Position numbers and translations under genes: made by a program
The notes under the pieces: generated by a model
The model's database searches: none
Seen by the model: the letters and a program-made list of their open reading frames with translations, nothing else
Told to the model about the DNA's origin: nothing
NCBI GenBank assembly: GCA_965216645.1
Contig: CBDCGJ010000026.1
Location: 91,540-155,539 of the forward strand
DNA: 64,000 bases
Direction: 5' to 3'
DNA from: Alphaproteobacteria bacterium
GTDB taxonomy: Bacteria > Pseudomonadota > Alphaproteobacteria > GCA-2731375
Part shown: one piece after another, positions 36,057-44,033 of the stretch
Layout: each line of letters begins with the position of its first letter
How positions within the stretch are numbered: position 1 is the first letter of the stretch

Positions 36057-37019
36057 ATGACACAGAACCGTGTCGTACTCGCCGCCGCCGCTTTGTTGGG
36101 GGTCATCCTAACTTCGGACGCCGCGGCAATGATGCGCGGTGACGTCACCGTCGCCGGTCCGCAGATCACTCTTGGCGATCTTTTCGACGACGCCGCCGGA
36201 AAAGCGGCGACCACCGTGGCGCAAGCGCCGATGCCCGGCCAGCAGATGACGTTCCGTGTCGCCTACCTGTCCGCGTTGGCGAGCCGTCACGGCCTCGATC
36301 CCGCTCGGTTACCAGACCGCAAATATGTGTCGGTTGTCAGAGCGGCCGACATCGTGCCGACCGACCGACTGCTGAAACTAATCGCCGATGGCGTCAAAGC
36401 TTCCGGTGTGCAAGGACGCTTTGAAATAAAGCTCACCGGCAAACGCAACGACCTGCAAGTCGCCGTAGGCACCGCCGAAACCGTGCCGCTTTCGCTGGTT
36501 GGGTTTCAGATTCAGCGAGACGACGCCCGCTTCTACGCGGTTGTCGCCGCCAATGCCGGCAGCCGACATGCCCGGCAGGTAAAACTGCTCGGCCGGATTG
36601 TTGCCATCCACACCGTACCTGTTTTGACGCGTGACGTGGCGAAGGGCGAAATCATCGGCCCGCTCGACATCGACTGGATCGAGACCAACGCCAAATCCGC
36701 ACGCCGCAATATCGTCCTGGACGAACAGCGTTTGATCGGCGCGCAGGCGGCACGGCATCTCCATGCCGGCGAACCCGTGAAGCGACGAGACCTCCAAACG
36801 CCGGTCCTCGTCCACAAGAATGCGCTTGTCACGGTGTTTCTGCGGCATAACGGCCTCTCGCTCACAATGACCGGAAGAGCCCTGAGCGACGGCGGTCGCG
36901 GTGACTTGATTGCCATCATGAACCAACAAAGCAAACGCACGATCCAGGCCGAAGTTATCGGTCAGGACCAAGTTGCGGTCTTTCTCACCAAGCAGGTCGC
37001 CACGGCCCGCTCCAAGTAA
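36057..37019 (+). CDS. flgA: Flagellar P-ring assembly chaperone FlgA
   Basis: Signal peptide, then ...ITLGDLF... and a C-terminal SAF-type domain (...GEPV.RRDLQ.PVLV.KN..V..). ATG 36057 has an AAGGAG SD 7 nt upstream. The alternative ATG at 36039 lacks one. Confidence 0.85.
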   Translation: MTQNRVVLAAAALLGVILTSDAAAMMRGDVTVAGPQITLGDLFDDAAGKAATTVAQAPMPGQQMTFRVAYLSALASRHGLDPARLPDRKYVSVVRAADIVPTDRLLKLIADGVKASGVQGRFEIKLTGKRNDLQVAVGTAETVPLSLVGFQIQRDDARFYAVVAANAGSRHARQVKLLGRIVAIHTVPVLTRDVAKGEIIGPLDIDWIETNAKSARRNIVLDEQRLIGAQAARHLHAGEPVKRRDLQTPVLVHKNALVTVFLRHNGLSLTMTGRALSDGGRGDLIAIMNQQSKRTIQAEVIGQDQVAVFLTKQVATARSK

Positions 37020-37032
37020 GAAGGAGTTGACA

Positions 37033-37794
37033 ATGTTCAACTGTTTTCCTCGCACCATCTTTAACCGTATCGTCATATTGCTGGCCGTGGCGGCTTTGCT
37101 CGGCGGTTGTAATGCAGGCCGGCGTCTAAGCTCGATTGGAGCCGAACCTCAGGTCTCAAATATCGAAAACCCAGTCACGAAACAGGGTTACAAACCGGTC
37201 GCGTTGCCAATGCCGAATCCGCGAGTCGCCAAACATGCGCCGAACTCGCTGTGGCGCCCGGGTGCGCGCGCGTTTTTCAAGGATCAACGCGCCGCGGAAT
37301 TGGGAGATATCCTGACAGTGGCCATCAACATCGACGATGGCGCCAAAATCGACAACTCGACAAGCCGCAGCCGCGACAATGCCGAAGATGCTGGTCTCGG
37401 CGGCTTAATCGGCGTCGAAAAACTATTGCCGAAGGTGATCAGTGAGATCAGCGCCGCGGACCTCGCCCGGCTCGAATCCCAGTCGTTGTCCACTGGCCGC
37501 GGCAAAGTCGACCGGAAAGAAGAGATCGAACTGACCGTGGCGGCAGTCATTACGCAGATCCTGCCGAACGGCAATTTTGTGATCACCGGCAGCCAAGAAG
37601 TCGTCGTCAACTACGAAAAACGTATTCTTCAAGTCAGCGGCGTAATCCGGCCTCAAGACATCGACGCGCGTAATCGCGTCCAACATAGTCAGATTGCCGA
37701 AGCTCGCATTGTCTACGGCGGTCGGGGGATCATCTCCGATGTCCAGCAACCCCGCTACGGACAACAGATCTTCGACGTGATCTTCCCGTTCTAA
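37033..37794 (+). CDS. flgH: Flagellar L-ring lipoprotein FlgH
   Basis: Lipobox LLGGC. Shows ...NSLWRPGARAFFKDQRA.ELGDILTV.I...and ...GNFVITGSQEVVVNYEKRILQVSGVIRPQDI. A GAAGGAG SD lies upstream of ATG 37033. Confidence 0.93.
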   Translation: MFNCFPRTIFNRIVILLAVAALLGGCNAGRRLSSIGAEPQVSNIENPVTKQGYKPVALPMPNPRVAKHAPNSLWRPGARAFFKDQRAAELGDILTVAINIDDGAKIDNSTSRSRDNAEDAGLGGLIGVEKLLPKVISEISAADLARLESQSLSTGRGKVDRKEEIELTVAAVITQILPNGNFVITGSQEVVVNYEKRILQVSGVIRPQDIDARNRVQHSQIAEARIVYGGRGIISDVQQPRYGQQIFDVIFPF

Positions 37795-37801
37795 AGACGT
37801 A

Positions 37802-37838
37802 GGTGTGTTCGGGAGCGGTCGCCGGCCGCTCCCACACC
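37802..37838. terminator. GC-rich hairpin between convergent flgH and dksA (possible bidirectional terminator)
   Basis: GGGAGCGG-tcgccgg-CCGCTCCC, extended by GGTGT/ACACC. There is no clear U-tract. Confidence 0.4.
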
Positions 37839-37857
37839 AATTCGCCATGCCATCAGT

Positions 37858-38286
37858 TTAGTCGTCGCGATAGACCCGTTCGCGGCGTTCGTGCCGTTCT
37901 TGGGCCTCGATGGACAAGGTCGCAATAGGGCGGGCAATGAGCCGTTTCAGGGCGATCGGCTCGCCTGTATCCTCACAATACCCATAGCTACCGTCTTCAA
38001 CACGATTTAGGGCAGAATTGATTTTCGCCACCAGCTTCCGTTGCCGGTCTCGTGTTCGCAGTTCTAGAGAGCGCTCGGATTCGGTCGAGGCGCGGTCGGC
38101 GATATCTGGCGATTGCCCCTCGCCTTCTTGAAGATGATGTAGGGTATCCTGCGCGTCCCGCATGATTTCCGCTTTCCACTCGATCAATCGCTGACGAAAG
38201 TACTCGCGTTGCATCGGCCCCATAAACGGTTCTTTTTCGTTCGGTACATAGTCGGGCGGTAACACCACATCGTCCATTTCCGACAC
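37858..38286 (-). CDS. dksA: RNA polymerase-binding transcription factor DksA (variant without the Cys4 zinc finger)
   Basis: 142 aa. Coiled-coil tip DIADRAS (DxxDxA). The C-terminal region YGYCEDTGEPIALKRLIARPIATLSIEAQE carries only one Cys where CxxC...CxxC is expected. Confidence 0.88.
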   Translation of the reverse strand: MSEMDDVVLPPDYVPNEKEPFMGPMQREYFRQRLIEWKAEIMRDAQDTLHHLQEGEGQSPDIADRASTESERSLELRTRDRQRKLVAKINSALNRVEDGSYGYCEDTGEPIALKRLIARPIATLSIEAQERHERRERVYRDD

Positions 38287-38423
38287 CTCTGTTTGAATAT
38301 CAACCTACGCGAAAGGCGAGCGGAATATAGCCAGGGAAGTGACTGCGAGCAAGTCGCCAATTGCCAAATATTCGATATTGTTGAAACAACGAAAATCGGC
38401 TGAAAACCGGGACAAATCGAAGG

Positions 38424-38861
38424 TTATTCGCTGTCTCGCATCCGCTCGAATTTCGCCAACTCGACGGCCGCGCGAACTTCGATCTCGTTGATCGTTGCTT
38501 CTAGAATTGGATCGCTAATAGCTTCACGATGACGCTTCATCGCATTCAGGAGATTCTGGAGTTGCGCTTCCGGTATTCGACCAGTCAACAGCGCAACACG
38601 GATATTGTCCAGTAAGTCCAGTAGTTCGATACCGCGACGCACACCACCCGATTTGCCGGTCGTGGCATCATCGACTTCCTGGACACTCAGTAACGCGCCG
38701 ACAGCGTTGACAGGGCCGCTGCCGCCAACCTGCGCCGGTGCGGATTCACCATCGGTCGCCGAAACAGAGAACGCGGAACCGCTCGAACCTTCGGAACCGG
38801 CCTTACTGCGCCGGCGAACAGCCGCCTTGTTTCGGGTGTTATCGGGGCCGCCTATCTTCAT
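38424..38861 (-). CDS. fliX: Flagellar assembly regulator FliX
   Basis: MKIGGP... N-terminus and a conserved C-terminal half (LLSVQEVDDAT......ELLD.LD.IR.ALL.G.I....L..L). It is divergent from flgI, as in Caulobacter. Confidence 0.72.
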   Translation of the reverse strand: MKIGGPDNTRNKAAVRRRSKAGSEGSSGSAFSVSATDGESAPAQVGGSGPVNAVGALLSVQEVDDATTGKSGGVRRGIELLDLLDNIRVALLTGRIPEAQLQNLLNAMKRHREAISDPILEATINEIEVRAAVELAKFERMRDSE

Positions 38862-39053
38862 CCCATCGCCAAACCTGGATGAACTAAAGGCGCTACTGGC
38901 GCCATGCGCATCGACCATGCCCTATCTACAGGCGCGCGGCAAGTTCTTCCTGCGCGATGACCGTTAAGCAGGCAGGTTTTGCCCTACTCCCCTGGTATCA
39001 CCATTACTTCCATTTAACTTATTGAAATATATCATCTATTCAGAACGGGGAGT

Positions 39054-39068
39054 TGGCATGCATTTCGC
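39054..39068 (+). promoter_or_regulatory. sigma54-type -24/-12 candidate upstream of flgI
   Basis: TGGCAT-GCATT-TCGC. If it is used, the flgI start must lie downstream, which supports ATG 39130. Confidence 0.33.
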
Positions 39069-39129
39069 AGATGATTGCATGAATATATTGGATTGTTCGG
39101 AATTCATGATGATCAAAGGCCCAACACAA

Positions 39130-40278
39130 ATGCTTCAACACCGCGGTTCCCGCGTTCTCATCGACAAAGCTCGGCAATTGGTATTTGCCGCCTCCGTCGC
39201 GTTGGCCGCCTTCACCGCCGCCCCGGACCCCGCCGCCGGGGCTTCTCGAATCAAAGACATCGCAAACTTCGAAGGTATTCGCGATAACGTGTTGATTGGC
39301 TACGGCCTCGTGGTTGGCCTCAACGGAACAGGCGACAGCCTGCGTAACAGCCCCTTCACCAAGCAAAGTCTTCAAGCAATGCTGGAGCGTTTGGGTGTAA
39401 ATATCCGTGATATCAATGTGTCTGTTGCAAATGTCGCCGCTGTTATGGTCACCGGCAACTTGCCGCCGTTTGCCCGTCAGGGCAGCCGTATTGATGTATC
39501 GGTCAGTTCCCTGGGCGATGCCGACAGCCTGCAGGGCGGCGTTTTGTTGGCCACCCCTCTCCTCGCCGCGAACGGTGAAGTCTACGCCGTCGCACAGGGT
39601 CCGCTCAGCATCGGTGGATTTAGCGCCGGCGGCAAAGCCACGGAAGTCACCAAAGGTGTGCCGACCAACGGTCAAATCGCCAACGGGGCAATTGTAGAAC
39701 AGGAAGTCGCCTTCGACCTGGCCAATCTGCAATCCTTCAAAATCTCGCTCCGCAATCCCGATGTCACAACCGCGGTACGCATGAGTGAGGCCATCAACCG
39801 TCATTTCGGCGGTCCCGTCTCGCGTACCCTAGACCCGGGTACGGTGTCGGTGCAGCTTGGTAACAATCGCGATATCGTCGGTGTCCTCGCGCAAATCGAA
39901 CAGTTGCGCATCCAACCCGACCAACTTGCCCGCGTCGTCATCAACGAGAGCACGGGCGTGATCGTCATCGGCAAAAACGTGCGTATCGACGATGTGGCAA
40001 TCGCACAAGGGAATCTAACGATCCGAGTGACGGAAACGCCGCAGGTTTCGCAACCCAACCCGCTTAGCGATCGTGGCGACACCGTGGTTGTACCGCGCAC
40101 CGAGGTACAGGCCGAGGACTATGCCGATCGTAAACTGACAGCATTGAAGACCGGTGTCTCTCTTCAGCAATTGGTCGATGGCCTGAACGCACTCGGCATC
40201 GGACCGCGCGACATGATTTCGATCCTGCAAACCATCAAGGCGGCTGGCGCCTTGCAAGCCGACATCGTGGTGCAATAA
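39130..40278 (+). CDS. flgI: Flagellar P-ring protein FlgI
   Basis: Signal peptide ending ...AAPDPAAG, then ASRIKDIANFEGIRDNVLIGYGLVVGLNGTGDSL. The start is uncertain: the ORF is open from 39022 and there is an SD-preceded ATG at 39058. Confidence 0.9.
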   Translation: MLQHRGSRVLIDKARQLVFAASVALAAFTAAPDPAAGASRIKDIANFEGIRDNVLIGYGLVVGLNGTGDSLRNSPFTKQSLQAMLERLGVNIRDINVSVANVAAVMVTGNLPPFARQGSRIDVSVSSLGDADSLQGGVLLATPLLAANGEVYAVAQGPLSIGGFSAGGKATEVTKGVPTNGQIANGAIVEQEVAFDLANLQSFKISLRNPDVTTAVRMSEAINRHFGGPVSRTLDPGTVSVQLGNNRDIVGVLAQIEQLRIQPDQLARVVINESTGVIVIGKNVRIDDVAIAQGNLTIRVTETPQVSQPNPLSDRGDTVVVPRTEVQAEDYADRKLTALKTGVSLQQLVDGLNALGIGPRDMISILQTIKAAGALQADIVVQ

Positions 40279-40580
40279 TGACTATCCAACTCGGCATATC
40301 GCAAACTGAGGCTCACCAATCCTCCCTGACGGACGCCGCGAAAAAGCAAATCCGCAAAACCGCGGACGAATTCGAAGCGTTCTTCCTCAGCCAGGTTGTC
40401 GAAGTCATGCAGGCGGGTATCAAAACCGACGGCCCGTTTGGCGGCGGTAACGGCGAAAAGGTGTTTCGCTCGATGCTCAGCCAGGAATATTCGCAGGCAG
40501 CCGTGCGCTCCGGCGGGATCGGTATTGCCGACGCGGTTTATCAGGAAATGCTGAAACTACAAGAGGGAAAGACGTCATGA
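40278..40580 (+). CDS. flgJ: Rod-binding protein (FlgJ N-terminal domain / CheL-like)
   Basis: 100 aa. Shows ADEFEAFFLSQVVEVM......FGGG.GEKVFRSML.QEY. It has no muramidase domain. Confidence 0.7.
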   Translation: MTIQLGISQTEAHQSSLTDAAKKQIRKTADEFEAFFLSQVVEVMQAGIKTDGPFGGGNGEKVFRSMLSQEYSQAAVRSGGIGIADAVYQEMLKLQEGKTS

Positions 40581-41020
40581 ACCCGAATTCCATGGCTGCG
40601 GCCGTTACAGATATCACCGAGCGCTTGGCGAATCTCCTGAGCTCCGAAAATGACATCCTGGTCCGCCGTAAACCGAGAGAGTTGGCGGAAACGTTGAAGG
40701 AGAAGCAAATGTTGACCGACGATTACGAGCGCCGTATGCGAGAGATTAAACGCGACCCGAAAATGCTGGAGCGCTTGGAAAGAAGCGACATGGATCGATT
40801 GCGCGCCGCGACGGCCAAGTTTCAGGACGCGTTGGAAGATCACCGGCGCTTGATACAGGCCACCAAGTCCGTAACCGAGCGGATGGTCAAGGCGATCACC
40901 GACGAAGTCGCCGCGAACAACCGTCCGGCCCGCAGCTATGACGCAAAGGCGTTGATGACGGAACGCTTCGTCGGCCATCAGTCCAACGCCGTGACATTGG
41001 CGGTCGATCAGGCCGTCTAG
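40577..41020 (+). CDS. Helical flagellar-cluster protein (FlgN/FlbY-like, tentative)
   Basis: 147-aa predicted coiled coil. It has a 4-nt overlap with the rod-binding gene. The family assignment is from weak memory only. Confidence 0.4.
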   Translation: MNPNSMAAAVTDITERLANLLSSENDILVRRKPRELAETLKEKQMLTDDYERRMREIKRDPKMLERLERSDMDRLRAATAKFQDALEDHRRLIQATKSVTERMVKAITDEVAANNRPARSYDAKALMTERFVGHQSNAVTLAVDQAV

Positions 41021-41091
41021 CGGACCTAACTATTGAATGATTGAGTAATCCGTCCAAACATCGAAATGGGCCTCGACTTGGACGGGTCATC

Positions 41092-41135
41092 GAAGGCCGG
41101 TTTCGGATATTTCCGGAGCCGGCCTTCAGATTTTC
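41092..41135 (+). terminator. Rho-independent terminator after the flgI operon (also faces flaG)
   Basis: GAAGGCCGG-18 nt-CCGGCCTTC followed by AGATTTTCT. Confidence 0.6.
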
Positions 41136-41196
41136 TCGAACCTGAAAATTTCTTTCTCATACGAAAACGATCGATGACGCGTGAGAAAGAAATACA

Positions 41197-41580
41197 CTAA
41201 GTTTCCAGATCTAGTGCCAAACCGGCGATTTCCCGAAACTTCGAAATCATTTCCAGAACCTCGTCGGAGGGGTACTCGGTCACGACTTCGCCCGTGTTGC
41301 GATCGATGCCGCGGTAGACAAATCGCTCGGAGTCTTCGTGATACGATATCGAAAGCTTGGTATTGTCCTTAAAATCAAGACGATCGGCCAGTTTTTCCAA
41401 CTGGTCGACCACATCGCGGACTTCCGTCCGTTTGGCTTCCGTATTCCGCTCAGGTTGCCCAGCGCTGTTGTATGTCGCTTGGGTGGTGCCGGATGTACTA
41501 TTACTCTCCGACTGGCGCACCGTCTGCTGGGGGTTTGGCACCGACGGCACAATCTGAGATGTGTTATCTAGGCCGTTCAT
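41197..41580 (-). CDS. flaG: FlaG-family flagellar protein
   Basis: 127 aa. The C-terminal ...LSISYHEDSERFVYRGIDRNTGEVVTEYPSDEVLEMISKFRE resembles the FlaG core. Confidence 0.6.
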   Translation of the reverse strand: MNGLDNTSQIVPSVPNPQQTVRQSESNSTSGTTQATYNSAGQPERNTEAKRTEVRDVVDQLEKLADRLDFKDNTKLSISYHEDSERFVYRGIDRNTGEVVTEYPSDEVLEMISKFREIAGLALDLET

Positions 41581-41659
41581 TGTCCTATTCCAATACGCTA
41601 AACGCTTATCCCTTTCTTCACATAGCCTCTTGTCGTGGCCGATAGGCCGGCTTGGTCGC

Positions 41660-42064
41660 TTACGGTTGAACCGCCAGCCCTTCCATGATGGCCCGATTGA
41701 CCTGGATTAGCGGCTGCATATCCGCTTCACCATTCAATACTTTCATCGAGTGTTTGTTGACCCAAATGGCCAGGGAGATAATGCCGGCACGTGTCTGGTC
41801 AGGCAGTTCGTTATTGTCATCAGCGCAACTCATCTCCAGAACAATCCACATGCGACGGTTCCAGTCGAGAGCGTCTCGGATTTGCTGACGCTCGCCGGTC
41901 TGCGCGGACATCAAAGCGCGCGTTACTTGGGCGAACAAACGGTATTCTGTCTGACGAGGTGTTTCGGTGACGGTTTGGGTTTGCATATAGGCTTGAACGG
42001 ACACGTAAGCTCCTCCGAAAAGTGACCCAAAACCCGGATACTGGTACAGAGGGTTTTGGGTCAT
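41660..42064 (-). CDS. flaF: Flagellin synthesis regulator FlaF, copy 1
   Basis: 134 aa. Shows ...EYRLFAQVTRAL...ALDWNRRMW..L...C.DDNNELPDQTRAGIISLAIWV..H. Confidence 0.8.
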   Translation of the reverse strand: MTQNPLYQYPGFGSLFGGAYVSVQAYMQTQTVTETPRQTEYRLFAQVTRALMSAQTGERQQIRDALDWNRRMWIVLEMSCADDNNELPDQTRAGIISLAIWVNKHSMKVLNGEADMQPLIQVNRAIMEGLAVQP

Positions 42065-42111
42065 AGTGCCGAATACATAGGCTACTCATACAAGGGGTTG
42101 GGGGTGTTTAA

Positions 42112-42133
42112 TGGGGACCTAAATTGGCCCCCA
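42112..42133 (-). terminator. Hairpin between flagellin 1 and flaF copy 1 (possible attenuator)
   Basis: TGGGGACC-taaatt-GGCCCCCA (8 bp with 1 mismatch), 13 nt after the flagellin stop. No U-tract. Confidence 0.3.
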
Positions 42134-42145
42134 CCAAATCAATCC

Positions 42146-42958
42146 TTAGAACAGGCCCAGGATCAGCTGCGGCGAGGAGCTCGCAATCGACAGGGACTGG
42201 ACGCCCAGTTGCTGCTGGATCTGCAGCGCTTGCAACTTGGCGCTTTCCTCGGCCATGTCCGCATCCACCAGGTTACCGACACCGGACTGCAGAATGTCTT
42301 GCAGCTTGCCGTTGAAGGAAGCCTGGATCTCGATCTGACGACCGGAGCTGCCCAAGGCGGCAAGACGATCGTTGACCGAGTCGATGGCGCTTTCGACCGA
42401 GTCCAACGTACCGGAGGCGGTCACGTCGGTACCGGAGGCCACGCTCAAGGAGGTACTGTCAAGATTCTCACCCGTCACCGAGATGAACTGCGGCGTATTG
42501 GACGAGTCAATCCGCGACAGGACGTCAAAGTTGGTGGTCGAACCGTCGATCAGGTTGGTGCCGTTGAACTCCGAAGAGGCAACGATGTTGTCGATTTGAT
42601 CGGCCAGAGCGTTGAAGTCGTTCTGCAAAGCAGTCGTCGACGTGGTGTCGAGGCCATCCTGCTGACCGGCGACAACTTTCGCCTTCATTTCCGTGAGCAA
42701 ATCGGCAATCGCCTTGCCACCTTCGATGGCGGTGTCGGTGACGCTGCCGCCGTTGGCAAGGGCCGTGTCGATGGCGCCCAAACCAGCGATTTCAGCCCGC
42801 ATCTTCTGGGCGATCGCATACGTGGAAGCGTCGTCCTTCGGGCCGTTGACCTTCAAACCGGTCGAAATTCGATTGTTGGTAACCGCCAGGTCTTTGTTGG
42901 TCGCATTCAGGTTCTGCAACGCGATCATGGCGGGGGTGTTGGTTTTCACTGTAAGCAT
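42146..42958 (-). CDS. Flagellin (short alphaproteobacterial type), copy 1
   Basis: 270 aa. Shows MLTVKTNTPAMIALQNLNATNKDLAVTNNRISTGLKVNGPKDDASTYAIAQKMR and a C-terminal ...DADMAEESAKLQALQIQQQLGVQSLSIASSSPQLILGLF. Confidence 0.95.
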   Translation of the reverse strand: MLTVKTNTPAMIALQNLNATNKDLAVTNNRISTGLKVNGPKDDASTYAIAQKMRAEIAGLGAIDTALANGGSVTDTAIEGGKAIADLLTEMKAKVVAGQQDGLDTTSTTALQNDFNALADQIDNIVASSEFNGTNLIDGSTTNFDVLSRIDSSNTPQFISVTGENLDSTSLSVASGTDVTASGTLDSVESAIDSVNDRLAALGSSGRQIEIQASFNGKLQDILQSGVGNLVDADMAEESAKLQALQIQQQLGVQSLSIASSSPQLILGLF

Positions 42959-43033
42959 TCTAGCTCTCCATACTTTTCTAAGTGTAGTCCCGCGTTTTGC
43001 GGGCTAGCGCGTTATGCGCATGGTCTGGAGGTA

Positions 43034-43048
43034 GCAAGCCGCGTGCCA
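43034..43048 (-). promoter_or_regulatory. sigma54 promoter of flagellin copy 1 (consensus -24/-12)
   Basis: The minus strand reads TGGCAC-GCGGC-TTGC. It lies about 76 nt upstream of the ATG and has the same architecture as copy 2. Confidence 0.6.
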
Positions 43049-43147
43049 ACACCCTTCATTAGGAATTTGTAAACTCAATAAATTTCCAGATCGTTGAAAA
43101 TAGACGAATAATTCTTTTGTTTACGGCTAGTTAACCCTGAGACAAAA

Positions 43148-43215
43148 TAGGCACAATTTTCCAACCGGAAAAAATTGCCTAGTTTGATAATTTATGGAGG
43201 GAAAAATTTGCCTAG
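43148..43215. repeat. Three copies of a GGAAAAATTGCCTAG-like motif (one inverted, two direct); candidate enhancer for the flagellin sigma54 promoter
   Basis: TAGGCACAATTTTCC (43148-43162, inverted), GGAAAAAATTGCCTAG (43167-43182) and GGGAAAAATTTGCCTAG (43199-43215). They lie 100-180 bp upstream of the -24/-12 element. Confidence 0.4.
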
Positions 43216-43249
43216 CGGCTCAAGTTCGCTGGCCTAGGCACGCCGACGT

Positions 43250-43600
43250 TCAGGCGGCGAGGCCTTCCATGACCGTTTTATTGACATTGATCAGTGCGTC
43301 CACGTCGCCCTCACCGCGCAATACCATACGACTGTGGCGTTCGACCCAAATGGCCAGGGATATAATGCCGGCGCGAAGCTGCTCGGAACCGCGATTGTTC
43401 TCATCGCTGCAATCAGCCTGAAGAACTTGCCAGAGCCGCCGGTTGCGCGCCAGCGCTTTAACCAAGGAGATCCGATGTCCAACCGGGCCGCTTTTCGATG
43501 CATCGATCAACTCGCGGGTGATCTCCGCAAAGATGCGGTATTCGCGCTCGCGCGGCTGACCCGTAGAAATATGCGTTTGACGGTAAGCGTCAAGAGCCAT
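43250..43600 (-). CDS. flaF: Flagellin synthesis regulator FlaF, copy 2
   Basis: 116 aa. Shows REYRIFAEITRELI...LARNRRLWQVLQADCSDENN...LRAGIISLAIWVERH. It overlaps the flbT 3' end by 11 nt. Confidence 0.8.
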   Translation of the reverse strand: MALDAYRQTHISTGQPREREYRIFAEITRELIDASKSGPVGHRISLVKALARNRRLWQVLQADCSDENNRGSEQLRAGIISLAIWVERHSRMVLRGEGDVDALINVNKTVMEGLAA

Positions 43601-43991
43601 GACTAAGCCCCAATCTCTCGGCTTCCAGCGGAAACAGTTTTCGACAAACCGTTAGTGCTTTGTAGAAGTTGCCCATTTGCGCAAGATGAATGATTTCGAC
43701 GCAAAGGGAGACGATCTCCGGGCTGCTTACCGCGTCCATAAATTCGGACATGCGTTTCAGGAACTCGTCCTGATGACTCTTCTTACTGCCCGTTTCCATA
43801 TAGAGCATCATGATCGCGAAATAGATTCGCTTCGCCGGCGTATCAGCCTCATCCGGCTGCATGATGTCTTTCTCGCGCAAAATCGAGGCCTTGTTCTGAA
43901 TAACCAGATTGGAGCGGCGATCGCCGTTTTGCAGTACCGCTCCATTGACCACGAGTCTTTCACCCGGCTTCAACGTCAATTTCAATGACAT
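43590..43991 (-). CDS. flbT: Flagellin translational repressor FlbT
   Basis: 133 aa. Shows MSLKLTLKPGERLVVNGAVLQNGDRRSNLVIQNKASILREKDIM. Confidence 0.9.
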   Translation of the reverse strand: MSLKLTLKPGERLVVNGAVLQNGDRRSNLVIQNKASILREKDIMQPDEADTPAKRIYFAIMMLYMETGSKKSHQDEFLKRMSEFMDAVSSPEIVSLCVEIIHLAQMGNFYKALTVCRKLFPLEAERLGLSHGS

Positions 43992-43998
43992 GGCTTAC

Positions 43999-44023
43999 GC
44001 GGCGACCGTCAACCGGCCGCCGC
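43999..44023 (-). terminator. GC hairpin between flagellin 2 and flbT (possible attenuator)
   Basis: GCGGCG-13 nt-CGCCGC with internal CCG/CGG pairing, 11 nt after the flagellin stop. Confidence 0.3.
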
Positions 44024-44033
44024 CTCCATCAAC

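Noticed and set aside
39022-39129. Upstream in-frame starts for flgI: TTG 39022, and ATG 39058 with a GGGGAG SD.
   Set aside because: They would add 24-36 residues in front of the signal peptide. They would also place the start upstream of, or on, the sigma54-like element at 39054-39068. I kept this as an uncertainty note on the feature.
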